Below, one piece after another: positions 8,776-20,853 of a DNA stretch of 64,000 bases (positions are counted from its first letter, which is position 1; each line of letters opens with the position of its first letter). The translations under genes were made by a program, and so were the position numbers. The stretch lies in contig CAWBAT010000003.1 of assembly GCA_963786955.1 (NCBI GenBank), positions 299,654 through 363,653 on the forward strand, in the 5' to 3' direction. The notes under the pieces were generated by a model. The model did no database searches. It saw nothing but the letters and a program-made list of their open reading frames with translations, and was not told where the DNA came from. The stretch comes from an uncultured Acidimicrobiia bacterium (GTDB taxonomy: Bacteria; Acidobacteriota; Terriglobia; Versatilivoradales; Versatilivoraceae).

Positions 8776-9613
8776 TCAAAGAATTCTCATGGAGGTCACC
8801 TTCGATTCAATGTTTCTTCTTGCCTTCTGACTTGCCTTGGGAACAAATCGATAACCGACCCCGCGCACGGTCAGAAGGAATTTGGGTTTAGCAGGAATAT
8901 CCTCAATATATCTGCGTAGCCTGACAATAAAGTTATCAATCGCGCGCGTATCCGTATCTTCATGCAATCCCCAGACCTCTTCAAGGATAGACTTGCGCGA
9001 GACCGTTTTCCCCAGGTGATGAACCAGGTGATGAAGCAAGCCTGCCTCCATTAAGGTTAACGGGATGATCCGGTTCCCCACTCGAATCTCCGGGATAGTA
9101 AAGTCAATCGTTTTTCCATCAAATTGAAACTGCTCCTGACCGGCTTCACGTCCATACATGGACAGATTTCGGGAGAACTTTTTCCGAAGGGAGCCCCGTG
9201 GCATTTTCCTGGGCGGTCCTATCTAGATGGCTGCGCAAAAACCAGTGCTGACGGCGCAAGAGACCTCCCAATCTGGCCAGCAGGATGGTTAATTCAAAAG
9301 GCTTCGGCAAGTAATCATCAGCCCCCGCGGCGAAGCCCTGGAGTACGTCTTCCGGCCGCCCTCGGGCAGTCATGATGAGCACAGGAATAAAAAGCCCCGT
9401 TTTCCGAAGTTCGGAAACAACGGTGAATCCATCAATCCCGGGGAGCATCACGTCGAGAAGAATCACATCAAAACGCTCGGGATTTGTCTTGATCGACTCT
9501 AGAGCTGTCTCGCCGTCTGCAGCGATTTCAACCTGATATCCTTCGGCTTCCAGGTTGAAACGCAATCCATTGGCAAGATGTTGTTCGTCTTCAACAATTA
9601 AAACCGCACTCAT
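8776..9613 (-). CDS. OmpR/PhoB-family response regulator, frameshifted
   Basis: Receiver domain (LIVEDE, LLDVMLP, GADDYLPKPF) and winged helix (RAIDNFIVRLR, TVRGVGYRF). Confidence 0.88.
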
Positions 9614-9754
9614 TGGATCTTATGTTTTTTCTCTCACGAACAAAAGGTCTGGAATAATTGGGTGGTACTTCGGGAACGGAAGTTGTTATGTTTCCAATTC
9701 GGCATTCCTTCCAACTCAGTGGGCGGGAAGGTAAAGTCCTGTCTCCCAGCTTGT

Positions 9755-10660
9755 TCATACTCTCGGTAGTTCGACTATAAAAGTACTTCCCATTCCAACG
9801 CCGGGGCTTTCAGCGAAAACCCGGCCTTTGTGTCGCTTGACAATGGAGCGGACGATGAAAAGACCTAAGCCAGTTCCTTTGATACGCTTCGATTCACGGC
9901 TGGTGACACGATGGAAGCGCTCTGAAGATACGCTTGAGTTGATCAGCTGGAATTCCAATGCCATTGTCGGTTAACTCGGATCACGGCATGGGTATTGTCG
10001 AGTGGGCCCGCCTCCACTGAGACTTGATTATTGTGCAGGGAATATTTGACGGCGTTATCTAACAGATTGGTGAGGACAGCTCGAAGTTCCTCGATGTCGC
10101 CCAGCACGACGGGGGGGTCTCCATCATCGGCCAATTCCTGATACACGAGAGATTTGTCATCGAGATGATATCGGGCTCGAGCCCAGTCGATACGCTCTTG
10201 AACCAGGGGGGCCGAGCGGGATTCGTTCTCGGTGGGCTGCCGTATTGCGATGAGTGAGCCTTCCGGCGCGCAACACCTGTTCGACAGTATGTAAGAGAAG
10301 GTCATTGTCGGCGAGCATGATATTGTAAAATTGTTGTCGCGTTTTCTCATCGACTTCGCGAGTCTTCAGGGTTTCCAGATAAAGGCGAATGGAGGTAATG
10401 GGTGTTTTCAGTTCATGGGTGACCGCGTTGATGAAACTGTCATGCTGCTCGTTGCGACGTATTTCCCTCACGAGGAATATCGTGTTGAGAATCAGACCGG
10501 CAATGATGGCGAAAAAAAAGATGATCCCCAGGACAAGAATCGCTACCTGCCGCCAATGCAGCACGGCCCACCCAACGTTAAGGGCGACCGCGAATGCGAC
10601 CAGGCATGCCCCGAGGGCAATAAAGAAAATAATCGAACTTTTGCGACTCGGCACTTGCAT
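9755..10660 (-). CDS. Sensor histidine kinase, frameshifted
   Basis: Two TM segments, H-box VTHELKTP, N-box NLLDNAVKYS, G-box GTGLGL. Confidence 0.88.
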
Positions 10661-10793
10661 CCCCTTAATTCTAGGGGAAAGGGGGCTGGTGATCCTAACC
10701 GTAATATCAGAATCGATTTGAAATACTTTCAGGATTTTGACTAAGCTTTCCAAGAAAGGACCGACTAATCAACTTTCTTGAGCTCACAAACGG

Positions 10794-12042
10794 ATGCCTT
10801 CTAAGCCTGAATTAACCCATCTAGGAGAACGGCTGGCTGACCTTGGCTCACGCTTTGAAGAGAAGGCCAGGCCACGACCGGGTGAGGATGCCTCTACCCG
10901 AGGGCATGGACTTTTCAGGACTATCTATTGGAACCTTAAAGATTTGTTTACTCAGGGCGTCAGCAAAGAAGCCGTCCGGGATATGGTTCGCCGGGACGTG
11001 CGAGACACCTTTCGATTTTTCGCTCGAGATGTGGACTTCGTAGCGTTACAGCGGTTGCCCTGGTATAAGAGATACTTTGTGACAGCCTGGAAATTTTTTC
11101 TGGTGCTCGCTTACCGTCTGAGTCCACCCCGCCGGATTGCTTTTGCTGATTGCGATGTTCGCTCTCCTGCTAGGCTGGGGTCCCGGCATAGGCGTCAACT
11201 CGGACGAGAATGGCACTCGCATTTCTCTGTTTGGTAATCCGGGCGGCGCCTATTGGCTGCTTTCCATTCTCATCTTCATTTCCTTGCTGTTTATGGAGCT
11301 GAAGGACAAACTGGACCTGAAGAGTGATCTCGAGATTGCCCGTGAAATTCAGTTCGGCCTCATTCCCTCGAAACCGTTTGAGCAGGATCAGATTTCGATT
11401 CACTGCAGCATGCGTCCCGCGAACACCGTGGGTGGAGATTACTGTGATATCGTTCATTTGGAAGAGCATCAAGTTGCTGTCGTACTAGGAGACGTTGCCG
11501 GGAAGGGCATGCCTGCTGCCCTTTTGATGGCTCTTCTTCAAGGGAGCTTGCGAACTCTGGTCACAGCTGGACTTCGCGGGAGCGAACTGATGACCAAGCT
11601 GAATCAGTATCTCTGCACGAGCATCCCGTCAAATAGCTTGATTACTCTCTTTTACGGGGAACTCAACACCGTGACCGGGGTCTTGCGTTTTGTCAACGCA
11701 GGCCACAACGCACCATTCGTGATTCGGAAACAGGGGGTGCTCGAACGGCTTCATTCCAATTCGGTCGTACTGGGAGTTCTGGAGAGTCCTGTATTTTTAG
11801 AATCTGAGACGACGATTGACTCCGGGGATCATTTATTACTATTTACCGATGGCATCACGGAAGCCTTCAATTTAGCTCAGGAAGAATATGGCGAAGCCAG
11901 ATTAGGAGCTTTTCTTCAGCTAAATTCCAGGTTTTCCCAAGAGCAGTTGATTCAAGGTGTGTTGCAGGATGTCTTGGCTTTCTGCAAAGAGGTCAAACCA
12001 ATTGACGATATGACAATGCTGTCAGCGAGACTAAAAGGTTAA
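10794..12042 (+). CDS. PP2C/SpoIIE (RsbU-like) phosphatase with membrane N-terminus, frameshifted
   Basis: VGGDY, GDVAGKG, NAGHN, FTDGITE and DDMT motifs. Confidence 0.88.
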
Positions 12043-12195
12043 GGTGGAGCCAGGTCTCCTCCGGCGGTAAAATAGCATCTCCCCTCATTGGAGGGTGAAT
12101 TGTGCGAAACCAAATTCCTTTGCAGTTAAGCTTAAAGTCCAACCAGCTGATGTCCGGGATCCAGTTGCGCGGGAGATACGATAAAATCCGAAAAG

Positions 12196-13648
12196 TTAGG
12201 CCAACATCTTGGGGACGACAGTGCCTTCCACATCGGTCAACCGGAAATCCCTTCCCATGTGCCGGTAGGTCAGGCGGGTATGATCGAACCCAAGACATTG
12301 CATCATCGTCGCCTGCAGGTCATGAACGTGAACGGGGTCTTCGACAATATTGAGACAGAATTCGTCGGTCTTCCCGACAACCTGCCCGCCTTTGACCCCA
12401 CCACCCGCCAACCACATGCTGTAGGCATTGGGGTGATGATCGCGTCCTGCATTTTCAGTATCATCGGGTTTCCGGATTTCCACCATCGGAGTTCTGCCGA
12501 ACTCTCCGCCCCATACAATCAACGTTTCATCCAGTAAACCTCTTTGCTTAAGGTCCTTGATGAGTGCAGCGGTTGGCTGATCGATCTTCTTGCAGCGCTT
12601 CGGAAGTTTCTTATTCAACTCCACATGGTCATCCCAACTGGCATCCATCATCAGGATAAATCGGACCCCGCGTTCGATCATCCGACGCGCCAGTAGACAA
12701 TTGGTGGCGTACTGTTTCAGATCATCATCAGGACTCGTCACGCCGTACATATCGAGAATGCTCTTGGGCTCGTTCGCGAAACTGAGCAGATCGGGGGCTT
12801 CCATCTGCATCCGGAAGGCGAGCTCATAGGCTGAAATGCGGGAGGCAATCTCCATGTCGCCGGTACTCAGATAGCGCTCATCATTAAGATCACGAATGGC
12901 GTTGAGAGCCAGCTTTTGGGAATCTGGATTGATCCCGGAAGGGTTGGACAAGTAAAGGATCGGGTCTCCGCTATTGCGGAAAACCGTGCCCTGATAGTGG
13001 GATGGGAGAAATCCACTGGAGAAATTGCTGGCGCCTCCGCTGGTTCCAACGCCTGAGGTCAACACGACGAACCCGGGCAGGTTTTGAGATTCGCTCCCCA
13101 GCCCATAGACCGTCCAGGCACCCATCGTCGGGCGCCCGAACTGGATGGACCCGGTGAACAAGAGCAGCTGTCCGGGATGATGATTAAAGGCTTCCGTGTG
13201 CATGGAACGGACCAGGCAAATATCGTCCGCGCAGGATCCGAGTTGGGGCAAGCAGCTCGGAGAGTTCCACGCCGGATTTGCCATGAGGCTGAAACTTATA
13301 ACGGCTGGCCATTACCGCAGCCGTCGGCTTGATGAAGGCCAGATTCAAGTCCTTGGTTAAGGAAGGGGGCAGGGATTGCCCATTGTATTTTTGCAAGGCG
13401 GGTTTCTCATCGAACAACTCGAACTGGCTCGGACCGCCCTTCCATGAACATGAAGATGACATGTTTGGCCTTGGGCTGGAAAGTGAGGGATCTTTGGAGC
13501 CAGCGGATTGACGTTTGGAAGGGTGCTTGCGGCTGTCAGACCCTCCGCAGTCAATAAATCCGCTAACGCGAAAGATGCCTACACCCCCTGCGCAGTTCTG
13601 CAAGAAATTTCTTCGAGATTGAATTCGTCGGAACTGTTCCAAGTTCAT
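12196..13648 (-). CDS. DUF1501 domain protein, frameshifted
   Basis: SRRNFL (Tat-like), GGPSQ, CLLARR.IERGVRF, WGGEFGRTP, GRDH and DFRLTDV motifs. Confidence 0.88.
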
Positions 13649-13653
13649 GGATA

Positions 13654-16275
13654 TTATTCCCTCGTTATAAATTCATCCAGATTCATGACAACGCGTCCTA
13701 AGCCCGCCCAGGCGGCGACTTCAACTTGCTCGGTTCCCGGGATGGGATTCGGGGCCAGAATTTTTACGGCAGCGGGATCTTTCTCAAAAAGCACTCGTTG
13801 ATCTTGATAAAAGCGAACTAGCCGATCATGCTCAGTCCTGCTTGGTTTTCGGTTCAGGCAGAATTCATAGACCGTGTCCAGGCGTCCCTCCCAGTTGTCC
13901 GGGCGCTTCCCTTAAGGTTCTTACTGCCAGCGATTGGGCGGCCTCGGTAAAGACGGGGTCATTCAGCAGATTCAGCGCCTGTAAGGGGGTATTGGAGCGG
14001 CGTCGTTCGAGTGGCGGCATTGTTAGCGTTCGGCTCATCAAAGTTGACCAATTGCGGGTAGGGGGAGGTCCGTTGAAAATGGATATAGAGTCCGCGGCGA
14101 TAACGATCTTTGCCTTGCGTCTCCTCCCACTTAGCATTTCCATAAGTGAGCTTGGTGACGCTTTCCGGCTGCGGAGGGCGGATGCTCGCGCCTCCGACCG
14201 TCGGATAGAGCAATCCACTGGCGGAGAGAGCGGCATCGCGGATGGCTTCCGCGCTGAGACGCAGGCGGTTTTGCCGGGCGAGCAGCGTGTTAGCGGGGTC
14301 CTTCTCTTTTAATTCCGGTCGGTCGTGGGATGATTGTCGATACGTTGCGGACATCACGATCAACTTGTGTGTCTGCTTTACACTCCAGCCACGGTCCATG
14401 AATTCGCTGGCCAGCCAGTCGAGCAACTCCGGGTGAGTCGGTTTGTCCCCTTGCAGGCCAAAATCATCCGATGTTCGAACAATTCCGCGACCGAAGAATT
14501 CCTGCCACATACGGTTTACGGCGACGCGTGCCGATAAAGGATTGTCGCGGGCTGACGATCCATTGCGACAATTTTAAACGCGGCGCTTGAGTCGATTTGG
14601 GAGGCGTGGGGAAAACTGCTGGAATTTCGGGCTGAACCTCAATCCCCGCTCTTCGGTAGTCTCCTCTGACGGCAATAAATGTCTTTGTGGACTCAGGATT
14701 CTGCGTGACAACATGAGCTTGGCTTAGTGAGGGGGATGTTTTTTCCAGATCCTGCAGCTTTTTCTGTAGATCCTTAAACTTTTCCCTCAACGGTTTGTCC
14801 TTGTCAGTCTCGGGTCCCGGGGACTGGACAAAGTAATCGGTTAGGTTATCGTTTTCCTTCAGAGAGCGTTCACCGAGAGTTACGCCGCAGGATCGAGTCG
14901 ACTGAGTCGATCATGGCTCGAATCGCAGTCACCTGGAAGTCCCAATCGAGATTCTTGCCAGGGGTGTCCATCGCCATGCGAAGTTTTTCTTCCCATCGCG
15001 CCTGAAGTTCAGGGGCACTAGAGTTCGGCGAGCAGCTCGTTCCTTTTCTTCCGGTATTCCGGTTGAGACTGGAGGTAGGGGCCCAATTCTCCGGCGACTG
15101 GGGCGTCAATCATCACGTCTTGGGTCTGATTCATGAACGCATACAGCTGGTAGAAGTCTTTCTGCGTGAGAGGATCATATTTGTGGTCATGGCACTGCGT
15201 GCAACCCACCGTCAGCCCAAGCCAAACAGTGCCAATGGTATTCGTGCGATCCACCAGCTCTTCGAATCGAGCCTCTTCACGCTTAACACCCGCTTCCCGG
15301 TTCTTTAACCCGTTGCGATTAAATCCGGTAGCCACTTTTTGCTCAAGCGTTGCATTAGGAAGTAAATCCCCCGCAATTTGTTCAACCGTAAACTGATTAA
15401 ATGGCATATCTCGATTAAAGGCGTCAATCACGTATTGCCGCCAGCGCCACGCGTAAGGTCGAGGAAGATCTTTCTCGAATCCATCACTATCAGCGTATCG
15501 TGCCAGATCAAGCCATTGCCTGGCCCAGCGTTCGCCATAATGGGGAGAATCGAGCAGGCGATTGACCAGCCGCTCATAAGCGCCCGGCCGATTATCTATC
15601 AAAAAGGCACTGACCTCTTCCATGGTTGGAGGAAGTCCGATCAAGTCAAAACTAACGCGACGAATCAAAGTGATTTTGTCGGCTTCCGGACGAGGGAGCG
15701 ATTCCTTCTGACTCTAACCTGGCCAATACAAATGAGTCGATGGGATTTCGTTATCCACGACTTGTCCCTTACCGTGGGTTCCTGCGGGCGGTGGACCGGC
15801 TGAAAGGACCAGTGCGATTTTCTTTCTGCCTGTGAAGGCTTTCGCGCAATCGCTCGGGTGGGGAGGTTCTCCGGCCAATGGTCCCCTGGTCGATCCAGGC
15901 TCTTAGAACGGCAATTTCGGAAGCTGTGAGCGAGTTCCCGGCTGGAGGCATCTTGAAACCCTCCTTGTCACTCGATACACGTTCGATTAACTTGCTCTGG
16001 GCGGCGTTGCCAGGCACTATAACAGGTCCTGAATAGCCGCCTTTGAGTGCATCTTCTTTCTTATCAAAGCGCAGCCCAACCATCTGGTTATCGGGACCAT
16101 GACATTGGTAGCATTTTGTGTGAAAGATCGGCTCAATGTCTCTGGCAAAATCTGTCGTGTTTTCAAGGTTGGCAGGAGTGACTACAACTCCGGCAACCGT
16201 CGGGACAGCCCTCCAGAACAGGACCGTCATGAGAAGCATAATAAGGAGGGGAATGCGTGAGTATTGATAATTCAT
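13654..16275 (-). CDS. Planctomycete cytochrome c / DUF1549 / DUF1553 protein, multiply frameshifted
   Basis: [46 protein letters not shown] and NTPLQAL motifs. Confidence 0.88.
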
Positions 16276-16541
16276 GTCCGGGTACCCTGAATGAAATCAA
16301 TCAAATAACACAAGATTTTATGATAAACCACGAGCGCTCCGCGGACAAGATATACCTTCTCCAGATTCAGTTCTTCTTATCGACCCCAACCCGATATATT
16401 CTGTGATTTCATGAGACGAATGAATCATACTAAATAATTTGGTTTTTATTGAGGCGGGAGAATATTCGGCTGAAAGCTGGGGGATCAATTCTTCCTCATT
16501 CAACTTTCGGTGATCTTCAAAATTGGGGAGAAAACAGAGAG

Positions 16542-17222
16542 ATGAACCGGAGCACCGTCTTATTCGACCTGGATGGGACGCTCATAGATACCACCGAGCT
16601 GATCCTTCATTGCTTTGAACTTTCATGGAAAAAGGTATACGGGAGAAAATTGGATCGTCAGCGTTATCTTGCTACGATAGGAATTCCTTTACGCGAAGCG
16701 ATGCGAATTCTCCTTAATGAGGAGCTTCAGGACCGAGGCAAATCGGAGTTCTGTTCCGACACACCTCTACTAGAAGCGTTGGTGCAGGAGTACCGAGCCT
16801 GCAATACAATCCATCACGACCACTTGGCAATGGCTTTTCCCGGAATCTCATCAACGGTATCCGAGCTCAAGAAGCGTGGTTACCAGATTGGGGTTGTTTC
16901 TTCAAAAACCAAAGAATTAGGGCTGAGGGGGATGAATCTTTTCGGACTGGAAGATCTGATTGACGACGCTGTCTTCCTTGAAGACAGTGTTCGACATAAA
17001 CCTCATCCGGAACCCTTGCTATTGGCACTCCAACGGTTCGGGATCTCTGAGAAACAGGCCGCCTACGTGGGAGACAGCCGGCATGATATGCAAGCTGGCA
17101 AGGCTGCCGGGATTTGGACCGTCGCGGCATTGTGGGGGCCCATCCCGCGAAAGGAACTTGAGCAGGAAAAACCCGATCAGTTGGCCGCAACTCCTTCCCA
17201 ATTACTTGAAATCTTTACGTAA
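16542..17222 (+). CDS. HAD-IA hydrolase (PpaX/phosphoglycolate phosphatase-like)
   Basis: FDLDGTL, KPHPEP and YVGDS motifs. Confidence 0.88.
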   Translation: MNRSTVLFDLDGTLIDTTELILHCFELSWKKVYGRKLDRQRYLATIGIPLREAMRILLNEELQDRGKSEFCSDTPLLEALVQEYRACNTIHHDHLAMAFPGISSTVSELKKRGYQIGVVSSKTKELGLRGMNLFGLEDLIDDAVFLEDSVRHKPHPEPLLLALQRFGISEKQAAYVGDSRHDMQAGKAAGIWTVAALWGPIPRKELEQEKPDQLAATPSQLLEIFT

Positions 17223-17696
17223 ACAGGAATCGCTCGCCGAGCTCGCCTCACGGTAGGAAGCTTTGGCGAAACGCTTAGCACTTCATTTCAAAAATGAACT
17301 AAGGCAACTTCGAGCTGCCCGCGGGGAGACATTCAATGCCAAGCTCAGGATGTACGATCGGATTTTCCAAAGTGGAGATAGCTTATCCCTTGCCCGTGTC
17401 TATCTGTTATCAGTTATAGGGATTAGTAACACGACTTCAAGATTGACTTTTCACATTTGCGTGAATAGTGTTTATCCGTTTCCGAACGGATATTATCCAA
17501 CCGGAAGGCCGACAATCCGCAGGCTCCTCACGGCGCAATTCCTGATCGAGGGCCATGCACTCAGATGGAGTTGGCATCATCCGGCGAAGATCAAAGGCAG
17601 TCCTTCAGAATGCCTGATACAGGTGGTCGCGCTCCTGATCAGGAATGCCACTCTTCAGGCAGAGAATCAACCAATTTAGTAAGGAGAGAGATCAAT

Positions 17697-18860
17697 ATGC
17701 CTATGCGATTGCGGGTGATCGTGCTCGGCGCCGGTTTCGGGGGACTCGAGCTGACGACGATTCTTTCAGAGGCCTTCGGCGATGCAATCGACATCGTGCT
17801 TATCGACCGGAGCGAAGCGTTTGTCTTCGGCTTCTCTAAACTCGACGTCATGTTCGGACGGCGGATGCCAGCCGACGTGCGTCATCCCTACCGTGACATT
17901 GTCAAACCGGGCGTGCGGTTTCTGCAGTCCACGGTGCGGTACATCGACCCAGCCGCGCGTCGTGTGGTGACTGACACTGGAACGTTTGAGGGGGACGTCC
18001 TGGTGGTGGCGCTCGGCGCCGACCTCGATCCGGCAGCCACTCCAGGGCTTGTGGAAGACGGCAACGAGTTCTACACGGTTGCGGGAGCGTTCGCATTGCG
18101 CGACGTGCTCCCGCGCTTCGAACGGGGCCCGGCCATCATCGGCGTGACAGGGAAGTCGTTCAAGTGCCCTCCCGCCCCAAGTGAGGCTGCCCTGCTGCTG
18201 CACGATTACCTCACCGCTCGCGGGCGACGTGAGGCGACCGAAATCTCGGTCGTGATGCCCTTCGGGACGCCCATTCCCCCTTCGCCTGACACCTCGAAAG
18301 CGATTCTCGCTGCGTTCGCGGAGCGCGGCATCAGGTTTGTGAAGGACAGCTTGGTGCAGGTGCTCGACCCGGGCAGGAAGGTGGCCGTGTTGAGCGACGG
18401 GACGGAGATGCCATACCAGTTGTTTCTCGGCGTGCCGGTGCATCGTGTGCCGCAGGTTGTCGTCGAGTCCAAGCTTGCCGCCGATGCCTATGGCTGGGTG
18501 CCGGTGAATAAGAAGACGCTGGAAACGAGCTTTCCCGGTGTCTACGCCATAGGCGACGTAAATGGCGTGGGCACACCCAAAGCGGGTGTGTTCGCTGAAG
18601 GCGCGGCGCGCGTCGTGGCAGCGGCGATCATCGCCCAGTCCCGCGGGGGCCCGTCACCCGGGCCCTACACCGGACAGGGCTCCTGCTATGTCGAGTTCGG
18701 ACACGATTTGGTCGGGAGAGTTGACGTAGACTTCCTGACCGGTCCCAAACCCACGGGGACCTTCCAGGAGCCATCGGACGCACTGGTGGCCGAGAAGGCT
18801 TTGTTCGGATCGAGCCGGCTTCAGCGCTGGTTTGGGCATCCGTCGGCCACGGGCTGCTGA
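17697..18860 (+). CDS. NAD(P)/FAD-dependent oxidoreductase, sulfide:quinone oxidoreductase-like
   Basis: GAGFGG, KCPPAP, YAIGDV, PKAGVFA and CYVEFG motifs; RBS AAGGAG. Confidence 0.85.
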   Translation: MPMRLRVIVLGAGFGGLELTTILSEAFGDAIDIVLIDRSEAFVFGFSKLDVMFGRRMPADVRHPYRDIVKPGVRFLQSTVRYIDPAARRVVTDTGTFEGDVLVVALGADLDPAATPGLVEDGNEFYTVAGAFALRDVLPRFERGPAIIGVTGKSFKCPPAPSEAALLLHDYLTARGRREATEISVVMPFGTPIPPSPDTSKAILAAFAERGIRFVKDSLVQVLDPGRKVAVLSDGTEMPYQLFLGVPVHRVPQVVVESKLAADAYGWVPVNKKTLETSFPGVYAIGDVNGVGTPKAGVFAEGAARVVAAAIIAQSRGGPSPGPYTGQGSCYVEFGHDLVGRVDVDFLTGPKPTGTFQEPSDALVAEKALFGSSRLQRWFGHPSATGC

Positions 18861-18938
18861 GCAGACGTTATCGAGGGGGTGGCTGGAGGCCTTCGTTCCG
18901 ACCGCCGGTATCAATGCCCCCTCCCAGGTTCGTCAGAC

Positions 18939-19824
18939 TCAAATCCGAGAAAGGGGTTCTTCTTTCCCCCCCGTAAATAGTGAACGAAGCGCCGAGCTTG
19001 CCATTCGCCCCGCCGCGCGCATTTTGTCTCCCAACGTGAAGCTTTGCGCGCGGCCGTTCGCGCGGACGATCAGCACCGTGACGTCATCGCCAGACAGATT
19101 CTCTGGATATCTCTCGGCGATTTCGCCAAGCAGCATGTCAATCAATTCTTCAGGCTTAACGTCACCTAGCAATTTCAGAATACGCAGCACACCCTCCTCG
19201 CCGAGCTTTTCTCCATCGGCGTCGCTCGATTCAATCAGCGCGTCAGTATACGTTAGTAAGCAATCGCCCGGCTCAAGTTCGACGTCGAAATGCTCGTATT
19301 CCGTGATGACTCAAGATTCCGAACGGCAAATTCGACGGCCCGGGCAAGCGAGGGGAATCTTCCTGACCCAGTAAGCTCCATTCTTGTTGGGAAGTCCGAT
19401 AGAGAATCGGGCGAGGATGTCCCGCGTTGCACAGAATCAGCCTTCGGCTGGGAGCAAAAAACGTGCTGATGATCGCCGTGGCGAACGTTCCCTTTTTTGA
19501 CAGGGCGGAGAATTGCTGATTCAACAAACGCACGAACTCCGCCTGATCCCAACGATTGACAAATCGCCGCATCAGCATTCGGAGATCGGCGGCAATCGAG
19601 GCAACCGACGTTCCGTGCCCGGAGACGTCGGCCAGCAGCAAGCGGCTGATCCGGCCTGCCGCGCAGCTCGAGGCGTAGTAAACGTCGCCGCCGCGCTGTG
19701 CCTGTCCATGCGGCTTGCTGTAGACCCAGGCGTCCAGCCCGCCGAAGACGACACCCCGGGTCGTCAGTTGGCTGCCGCCCCATACTTCCATGCATTTCAT
19801 TTGTTGCTCGGGTGAATCGCTCAT
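18939..19824 (-). CDS. PP2C/SpoIIE-family phosphatase, frameshifted
   Basis: MEVWGG, GGDVYY, LADVSGHG, NAGHP and DDVT motifs. Confidence 0.82.
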
Positions 19825-20202
19825 GGGGACATTATACGAGCCTTCGAGCCTCCAGCGCAATCCGCTGAGCGGCAAATAATCCGTCGAGAACGAACCCGGT
19901 GATTTCGCTGGAAATCCCACCGGTACTGTCTCCGCCGGAAGCAAATGAGACCGGTTCCTTTGGATTGGCCTGCATGGTCGGCCGTCCGGAAGCTACTTTT
20001 TTCTCGCAGATCATGCGGCTCGTAACTTCCGGTTACGCCGTGATCCGTCCAGTAGGTCAACATTCACCAACCCGATCTCGTATGCCAAGAAAATCGAAAG
20101 GACTGATACCGCCACAGCTTTTAGTCTCGCCTTCAGTGATGACCGCAATTGGGCTCGGTCAAATTCCGGCTACGTTACATCGGAACAAGACTCAGACCTG
20201 TT

Positions 20203-20340
20203 CAACAGGCGAGCCCAATCCATTCCGATCCTCCCCTCTTAAACGATGCAGTTGAGTCGAAATCTTAGGCCATATCAGAAGATGGGAAAAGGAAATTTGA
20301 GCGTGAAGGCGGGAAGCTGTAAGCGATGGCTTGTCAATTC
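20203..20340 (-). repeat. Relic of an IS 5' end plus transposase start (MDWARLL), copy 1
   Basis: Inverted, diverged copy of 24770-24906. Confidence 0.65.
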
Positions 20341-20853
20341 GTTCGAGTTTTTGACCAAACGGGGGAAGAGATAGGTTAGCGCAAGTGAGGAAGTTGCAGA
20401 GTTGAGAATTCACTGGGCGTTTACCAACCATTCGAACCGGGGAATTAGTCAGTAGTTAAGAAGAATGACCCGGTGCAGTGTTATCGGTTGACGGTCTGGA
20501 TTCCTGCCCCTCCTTTTAATAGTCGGCAACCTAATTTGGGGACCTAATACGCTCCCGAAAGTCGTAGCGTTCTGTGGGGATTTGATCTGACCCAAGAAGA
20601 GCTTGTGCATCAGGGGTACTGTCAACTTGGCGTCGTTGAAGTGAGGTTGGAACGGTTTGTGGCTGACCTCCGAATTCATCAGGGGCAGGTTACCTCTTGC
20701 CAAACAAGGAAGGAGCGAGATCGTAAGAGGCGCGGTTGGCTGCTCCCCGCAGGTTTGACTTGGCTCACCTGGGGAGCGCAGTCACCGTTAGAATCGGTCA
20801 AAATATCAATTCGCCATGGACACCTTAAGCGGGAGTACTATGAGGAAGTTTCT